Below are positions 58,050-64,000 of a stretch of 64,000 nucleotides of DNA, piece by piece (position 1 is the stretch's first letter; every line of letters starts with the position of its first letter). A model generated the notes under the pieces. It did no database searches and was not told the DNA's origin. It worked only from the letters and a program-made list of their open reading frames with translations. The stretch covers positions 928,001 to 992,000 of the forward strand of contig CAXXTF010000002.1 in NCBI GenBank assembly GCA_963665775.2. The letters are read 5' to 3'. The stretch comes from Dehalococcoidia bacterium. Lineage in GTDB: Bacteria > Chloroflexota > Dehalococcoidia > SM23-28-2 > RBG-16-64-32. A program made the translations under genes and the position numbers.

Positions 58050-58094
58050 ACGAGCCTGGCGCGGGCCAGATGCTCGTAATGTACAATCAGTGGC

Positions 58095-59054
58095 ATGGCG
58101 AATGACGCGCCTCCCCTCGAAGTGGTGAGCAAGGACGGCGTCACCTACCGCATCCGACGCCTGACTGAGGTCTCGCAGATCCTACCTCGGCTGGAGAAGG
58201 ACCGCGTCTTCTGTGCCTACGCCATCTGCCAGCTAGAGCCTGGGCGCTTTCCGCACACTCGCTGGTACGTGGCGGAAGGCGAAGGTGATGAGGCCCTGGT
58301 GATGCACGGCACCGGCAGTTTGAGGCGCAGCCTGTACGGCTTTGGGGCCGACCTCTTCTGCATGGGTGACCTAGCCTCACTGGATGCGATACTTTCCCTT
58401 CACCCTGGCCCTCGTTACAAGTCCCGCTTGTGGGCCCAGGTCGAGCACGGCCCGATCCTCAAGCGGCATTTTCGATTGGTAGAGGACGGCCCCAAGCTTC
58501 TAATGCAGGAGTACCGGGAAGAGGTCGGGGCGATCGATCCTGCGATAGTGCGACTGACCGGCGTCGACATTGGGAAGATCAATCGACTCTTCAGAGCGGT
58601 GGGAGGCTCCTTGGGACTCTATCGGCGTGAACTAATAGATCGCGGCCACTGGTATGGTTGGGTTGAAGACGGGCGTCTTGTTGCCGTCACGTCCCACGAG
58701 ACCGTCTCGCCGAGCCACGGGATTGCCATTTACGGCAGGGGCCTGACCCACCCCGAGTACCGGGGAAGGCACCATATTAGAGATCAGCTTAGCATCGCCC
58801 TGAAGCGAGATACCTCAGCAAAGTACCCGATGCGGCTGTCTACGGTCGACCCCGCAAATGCCGCTATGATGCGCCGGGTGATCCGTACGCGGCCGTTGCG
58901 GGATACTGAAGAGGCTGTGCAAGTCCTAGAGTCGCGGGCCTACCGTCGCGGCGTGGTGGGCCTGGCCAGCTTCATCCGGCGGGTGCTGGCTCGGCGTCGG
59001 GCGAGAGAAGCTGGCTTGGCAGCGCCATCCGGTTTGCCCAGGAGAGAAGAATGA
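58095..59054 (+). CDS. GNAT/FR47-like protein, paralog 1
   Basis: WYG..EDGRLVA...VSP..G.....THPEYRGR. Confidence 0.78.
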   Translation: MANDAPPLEVVSKDGVTYRIRRLTEVSQILPRLEKDRVFCAYAICQLEPGRFPHTRWYVAEGEGDEALVMHGTGSLRRSLYGFGADLFCMGDLASLDAILSLHPGPRYKSRLWAQVEHGPILKRHFRLVEDGPKLLMQEYREEVGAIDPAIVRLTGVDIGKINRLFRAVGGSLGLYRRELIDRGHWYGWVEDGRLVAVTSHETVSPSHGIAIYGRGLTHPEYRGRHHIRDQLSIALKRDTSAKYPMRLSTVDPANAAMMRRVIRTRPLRDTEEAVQVLESRAYRRGVVGLASFIRRVLARRRAREAGLAAPSGLPRREE

Positions 59055-60016
59055 GCGCCGCCGGAAGCGAAGGGAAAAGGAACGACCCGCCTCCTGTCGA
59101 AGTGGTGAGCAAAGACGGCATCACATATCGCATCCGACAGCTCACCGAGGTCTCCCAGGTCCTGCCTCGGCTGGAGAAGGATCGGGTCTTGTCGGCCTAC
59201 GCCATCTGCCAGCTGGAGCCCGAGCGGTTCCCACACACGGGCTGGTATGTGGCCGAGGGCGAGGGTGGCGAGGCGCTGGTAATGCATGGCACTGGCAGTC
59301 TGAATGGCGGTCTGTACGGCTACGGTGCGGACCTCTTCTGCATGGGCGACCCAGCCGCACTAGATGCGATACTTGCCCTTCACCCAGGCCCTCGCTACAA
59401 TTCGCGCCTATAGGCTCCGGTCGAGCATGGGCCGGTGCTGAAGCGACACTTTATCCTTCTACGGGACTCTCCGATTCAGGTTGTGGCGAGGACCGGTGGT
59501 GGCAGCAACCCTGACCTTGGGCCGGATAATAACCCTGCGAGACGCCTCACGAGTGCTGACATTGGCGAAATCAACCGTTTGAGGCGTACAGCGGGATCCT
59601 TCGGGATTCTGCGCGGCAAACTCATCGACCGAGGCTCCTGGTACGGTCTATTTGAGGATGGGCGTCTGGTTGCGCTCATCGGTGGGGGGATCGGTTCCCC
59701 TACCTATGGGGTGAGGGTAGGCGGCCGGTCAATAGTAGACCCGAAGTATCGGGGACGCCGCTACGCAGACCTACCAAGCTACGCCCAGCGTCGAGATCGG
59801 TCGGATGACCATGTGTACTCCGTCGTAGTGAATACGGTCGACCCCTTGAACCCAGCCGCGATTCAGCGCAGAAGGCGGCGAGAAACGGAGCGACAGGGAA
59901 GGCTTCGTCGCGCCATGGAGGTGCTGGCGACCTCGGCGTTTCGTCGCGACCCGGTGGGCCTGACCAGCCTCATCCAGCGGGTGTTGGCACGACGAAGGGC
60001 CAAGAGAAGCGCCTGA
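59051..60016 (+). pseudogene. GNAT/FR47-like protein, paralog 2, in-frame TAG at 59411
   Basis: SRL*APVEH where paralogs read SRLWAQVEH; frame continues to 60016. Confidence 0.78.
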
Positions 60017-60160
60017 CCGACACTCCCCTACTTGAGCCCTTGCGCGATGAGTGCTCGGAATGCGCCCAATTGTTAGCTAATGCAGGTTTGAGGGTTATCA
60101 CACGCAAACAAGCACGCCCTAAAAGGCCCAGGCTCATCTACCAGGTGTACAATCGACGGC

Positions 60161-61096
60161 ATGGAGAATGACCCGCCTTCTGTCGAGGTGGTGACAAAAG
60201 AGGGCGTCACCTACAAGGTTCGGCGCCTAACTGAGGTCTCCCAGATTCTGCCCCGCCTGGAGAAGGACCGTGTCTTCGCCGTCTATGCCATCTGCCAACT
60301 GGAGCCTGGGCGCTTTCCGCACACACGGTGGTATGTGGCGGAAGGCGATACTGGTGAGGCCCTGGTCATGCACGGCACGGGCAGCCTCAGGAGCAGTCTA
60401 TACGGCTATGGGGCCGACCTTTTCTGTATGGGCGACCCCGCTTCCGTAGAGGTGATACTGTGCCTTCACCCCGGCCCGCGCTACGTGTCCAGACTCTGGG
60501 CTCAGGTCGAGCATGCTCCAATACTCAAGCATCACTTCCGCCTAGTTAATGACTACCCGATGGTCCTTCGAAAAAGCGACCGTGTGGAGGAAGGGACCGT
60601 CGAGCCACCGGTTCGGCGACTTACAGGAGCAGACATCGGGGAGGTCAACCGTCTGTACCGTGCCTGCGGCGGCTCGCTAGGGCGATATCGGAGGGAGCGA
60701 ATAGATCGCGGACACTGGTACGGGATATATGAGGATGGGCACCTAGTTGCGCTCAGTTCGGTAGATGCCACCTCGCCCACGTATCGAGTGTCGCTTTACG
60801 GCCGGGCCCTAGTGCACCCCAAGTACCGGGGGCGGCGCTACGTAGACCTAATGAACACTGCTCGGCGACGGGATACAGACAAGATATACAGCCTGAGGGT
60901 GAGCACACTTGATACCCGGAATAAAGGAATGCAGCGGGTCGAGGCGCGTAGAGGTGTGCGGTCAACAGACATTGGACATGTCCTGGAGTCGAGAGCCTAC
61001 CGCAGGGACCTGGTGGGCCTGGCCAGCCTTGTGCGGCGGGTGCTGGCTCGGCGTCGGGCGAGAGAAGCTGGCTTGGCAGCGCCATCTGAAGAATGA
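60161..61096 (+). CDS. GNAT/FR47-like protein, paralog 3
   Basis: Same architecture; VHPKYRGRRY. Confidence 0.78.
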   Translation: MENDPPSVEVVTKEGVTYKVRRLTEVSQILPRLEKDRVFAVYAICQLEPGRFPHTRWYVAEGDTGEALVMHGTGSLRSSLYGYGADLFCMGDPASVEVILCLHPGPRYVSRLWAQVEHAPILKHHFRLVNDYPMVLRKSDRVEEGTVEPPVRRLTGADIGEVNRLYRACGGSLGRYRRERIDRGHWYGIYEDGHLVALSSVDATSPTYRVSLYGRALVHPKYRGRRYVDLMNTARRRDTDKIYSLRVSTLDTRNKGMQRVEARRGVRSTDIGHVLESRAYRRDLVGLASLVRRVLARRRAREAGLAAPSEE

Positions 61097-62034
61097 GCAC
61101 CGCCGGAAGCGAAGGGAAAAGGAACGACCCGCCTCCTGTCGAAATGGTGAGCAAAGATGGCATCACATACCGCATCCGACAGCTCACCGAGGTCTCGCAG
61201 ATACTTCCACGACTGGAGAAGGACCGGGTATTCGCTGCCTACGCCATCTGCCAGCTGGAGCCGGAGTGCTTTCCGCACACGACGTGGTATATAGCTGAGG
61301 GCGAGGATGGCGAGGCGCTGGTCATGCACGGCACGGGCAGCCTGAGGGGAAGCCTATACGGTTTCGGTGCGGACCTCTTCTGCATGGGCGACCCTGCGGC
61401 TCTAGAGGCTATTCTGACCCTCCACCCTGGCCCTCGTTACAAGTCCCGTTTGTGGGCTCAGGTTGAGCATGGTCCGGTGCTCAATCGTCACTTCCATCTT
61501 GTAGAAGTCTCCCCCAAGTTGCTTCTATATCGGAACGTCCAGAATCAACCGGTGCTTGATAACCGGGTGCGCCGTCTCACCGGTGATGACCACAAGGAGG
61601 TCAACCGCCTGTTTCGGGCCGGGGGAGGTTCGCTGGGGCTATATCGCAGGGAGTTGATTGATCACGGTGTCTGGTACGGTCTGTTCGAAGGCCAGCGACT
61701 CGTTGCGCTGGCCTCTTACGAGTCTGTCTCGCCAACATATGGGCTGGCATTGTCTGGCCGATTCCTAACGCACCCAAATTATCGGGGAAAACGCTACGGC
61801 AACCTTGCTGACGCTGGCCGCTTGCGAGAGGCTGCAAGGATCTATCCTCTAGCCGTTAGCACAATCGAAGCTGGAAACGTGGCATCAGCACGGGCATCGA
61901 GTCGGGCACCGACGGGAGCTGGCATAGAGGCTGGGCAAATCCTGGAGTCGCGGGCCTATCGCCGCGACCCGGTGGGCCTGGCCAGCCTCATCCGGCGCGT
62001 CCTTGCACAACGAAGGGCCAAGAGAAGCGCCTGA
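61093..62034 (+). CDS. GNAT/FR47-like protein, paralog 4
   Basis: Same architecture; THPNYRGKRY. Confidence 0.78.
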   Translation: MSTAGSEGKRNDPPPVEMVSKDGITYRIRQLTEVSQILPRLEKDRVFAAYAICQLEPECFPHTTWYIAEGEDGEALVMHGTGSLRGSLYGFGADLFCMGDPAALEAILTLHPGPRYKSRLWAQVEHGPVLNRHFHLVEVSPKLLLYRNVQNQPVLDNRVRRLTGDDHKEVNRLFRAGGGSLGLYRRELIDHGVWYGLFEGQRLVALASYESVSPTYGLALSGRFLTHPNYRGKRYGNLADAGRLREAARIYPLAVSTIEAGNVASARASSRAPTGAGIEAGQILESRAYRRDPVGLASLIRRVLAQRRAKRSA

Positions 62035-62402
62035 CTGACACTCCCCATACTTGCCAGCAGGACTGCGGCTGACAGCGAGCAGCCCGCCGCCACCGCGAGC
62101 GCCATGGCCAGAGTCTTGATCTCCCAGAGTATAAGGTCAGCGAAAAGCAGGCAGCCAAGCGTCCACAGAGCGACCAAGAGCCCACTGGCCGCGTGACACT
62201 ATGAGTTAATAGCGTATCCGGGCCGCTGCCGCAAGGCGGTGACAATTACTCCTGTCAGGACTTGATCCGAGAGGGCCTTCCTCACCTCCAGATCGCGAAA
62301 GGACCACAGACAAACGCGCCGCTGGCCCTCACACAGCGCAAGTTCACTAGCACTCCTGGTCAGCCCCCGAAGCCCATCCAGTTTCCCGACATTCCGGATC
62401 CC

Positions 62403-62431
62403 TTGACACTCGCACCCGGAGCGGGTACCGT
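62403..62431 (+). promoter_or_regulatory. Sigma70-type promoter of the SBP gene
   Basis: TTGACA-17bp-TACCGT. Confidence 0.45.
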
Positions 62432-62463
62432 ACCATCATTCAAAGGGCCAAAAAGGAGGAGTC

Positions 62464-64000
62464 ATGGACAACAATTACTGGGCACGATACTGGCGTAACC
62501 GTCTGACGCGCCGAACCCTGCTGCGGACCACCGCGGTCGGTGCCGGCGGCCTCGTTACGGCGGCGGTCGTAGGCTGTGGGGACGACGAAGAGGTGCCGGG
62601 GGCGACTACGCCTGCCGCCACCGCTACCCCCGCCGCAACGACCCCGGGCGCCACGGCTACCCCCGGCCCAACTGCCACCGAGGCCCCACCGGCGGTCACG
62701 CGGGGCGGAAGGTACATTACCGGCGGTTCTACTCGGAGCCCCACCACCACGGACCCTCATAAGAAAGGCGGCAGTGCCTACAGGTCCACCGTGAACAGCC
62801 GTCTGTTCACTCGGGAGACTGGCCCAGGCTTCGACTTATGGGGATCGCCGGGCGTGCCAGACGCCGTCGACACGTTCGAGCAGCCCGAGCCCACTGTCCT
62901 CATCGTGAAGCTCAAGCCTAACGTCCTGTTCGGCCATCCCATCAGCCGGGCCATGACCGCCGACGACGTCATCTACTCCTTCAGCCGCTACACCGGTGGC
63001 ATCGAGGGGGTTCCCGAATCACCGGAAGGGGGAGCTACCAAGAGGATCTTCAAGTCCTGGACCAAGATAGACGATCTCACCGTCCGCTTCGACTTGAAGC
63101 AGCCCCAGGCCAACCTACTCTACTGGATGTCGGCCACCTACACCCCCTTCCTGATGCCCGAGGATGCTGACAAGCTGTACGACGTCGATAACGTGGCGGT
63201 AGGGTCCGGCCCCTGGCGTGTCCAGAATTTCACCAATGATGTCACCCTGGTATTAGAGCGGAACCCTGACTGGTTTGGCGGACCGGAAAGGCCTTACCTG
63301 GACCAGACCGAGAGTCTCGTTTCGGGGGACTACACCTCCAGGTTGACCCAATTCCTGGGCGGCAACTTTATGAGTCTGGTGAATGTCCCGGGTGGAGACC
63401 TCAAGCGGCTACAAGATACGATAGAAGGTGTGCAGCTCATCCTCAACCTTGTAGGAGACCCGGTGAACATGAGCGGCCTAACCTTCTCCCCTGAGAGGAT
63501 CACCCCGAACGCCCCCTGGCGGGACCCGAGGGTGCGTCAGGCAATCTCGATGGCAATCGACCGGGATGCCATGACCGAGGCCGCCTACGACATCTCGATT
63601 CTGCAAGCGCGGGGCTTGGACGTCGAGGTCGAGTGGAACGGCTTCATCCCGGTGGCGATGCGGGAGTTCTGGAACGACCCCAAGCGGGTGGGGCCCAACA
63701 AGATGGATCCGGAGTCGGCCCAGTACTTCGCGTACGATCCGGAAGGGGCCAGAAACCTGCTAAAGGAGGCCGGCTACGAGGGCGGCTTCAGTGGCGGGCC
63801 CTTCTGGTACATCAACATCTTCGGCCCGGGCAGCATCACCATAGCCGAGCTGACCGCCCAGTACCTCGCCCAGGTCGGGATCAACTTCGACCTCAGCGTC
63901 GCCGACTACCGCGGCTACTACGTGCCCTCGATCCGCAACACGGGTGATTACGAGGGGATGGCCTTAGTGCCATTCGGGACGTTCGGGGAGCCAGGTGAGG
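62464..64000 (+). CDS. Tat-exported ABC transporter substrate-binding lipoprotein (family 5), runs off the window
   Basis: RBS AGGAGGAG; TRRTLL twin-arginine signal and VVGC lipobox; MTADDVIYSF, VGSGPW, LERNPDWF, DPRVRQAISMAIDR. Confidence 0.9.
   Translation, partial: MDNNYWARYWRNRLTRRTLLRTTAVGAGGLVTAAVVGCGDDEEVPGATTPAATATPAATTPGATATPGPTATEAPPAVTRGGRYITGGSTRSPTTTDPHKKGGSAYRSTVNSRLFTRETGPGFDLWGSPGVPDAVDTFEQPEPTVLIVKLKPNVLFGHPISRAMTADDVIYSFSRYTGGIEGVPESPEGGATKRIFKSWTKIDDLTVRFDLKQPQANLLYWMSATYTPFLMPEDADKLYDVDNVAVGSGPWRVQNFTNDVTLVLERNPDWFGGPERPYLDQTESLVSGDYTSRLTQFLGGNFMSLVNVPGGDLKRLQDTIEGVQLILNLVGDPVNMSGLTFSPERITPNAPWRDPRVRQAISMAIDRDAMTEAAYDISILQARGLDVEVEWNGFIPVAMREFWNDPKRVGPNKMDPESAQYFAYDPEGARNLLKEAGYEGGFSGGPFWYINIFGPGSITIAELTAQYLAQVGINFDLSVADYRGYYVPSIRNTGDYEGMALVPFGTFGEPGE

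Noticed and set aside
59411-59413. Stop-codon recoding (pyrrolysine/selenocysteine) as an explanation for in-frame stops
   Set aside because: All three stop types occur, this TAG replaces a conserved TGG, and intact genes end in all three stops
58095-62034. Diversity-generating retroelement or shufflon behind GNAT variation
   Set aside because: No reverse transcriptase, no adenine-specific template/variable pair, no inverted cassettes; divergence includes indels

Overview
GC-rich bacterial DNA whose gene content resembles Dehalococcoidia/Chloroflexota (inference). Positions 1-6729 look like ordinary chromosome: secreted proteins, a TolB-like lipoprotein, rhodanese, larE and a tRNA-Leu/Gln/Asn cluster. 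From the 3' end of tRNA-Asn the window becomes a heavily rearranged integration hotspot of at least 51 kb, built from repeated copies of one integrative element family. The module comprises a large serine recombinase, a small upstream ORF, its own sigma factor, a primase-ATPase with an internal palindromic iteron array, a ParB-DNA methyltransferase fusion, a Cys/His zinc-finger protein and a conserved ~300-aa protein. No capsid or conjugation genes are present. The tRNA-Asn 3' end (CCGGGGAGCCA) recurs at 24165, 35271 and 57688 in direct orientation and at 19991 inverted. Each recurrence encodes the 'WLP' codons of a recombinase 3' end or of its detached tail, so the units form a tandem att array in which integration or excision swaps the recombinase C-terminus. 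The first unit appears to have been inverted through a look-alike att site inside an IS3 transposase. Cargo consists of surface proteins, metabolic genes and many truncated defence genes. The window ends with four divergent GNAT-like paralogs and a Tat-exported ABC substrate-binding protein. All calls come from reading motifs by eye. The many mid-gene junctions could partly be assembly chimeras and need read support.
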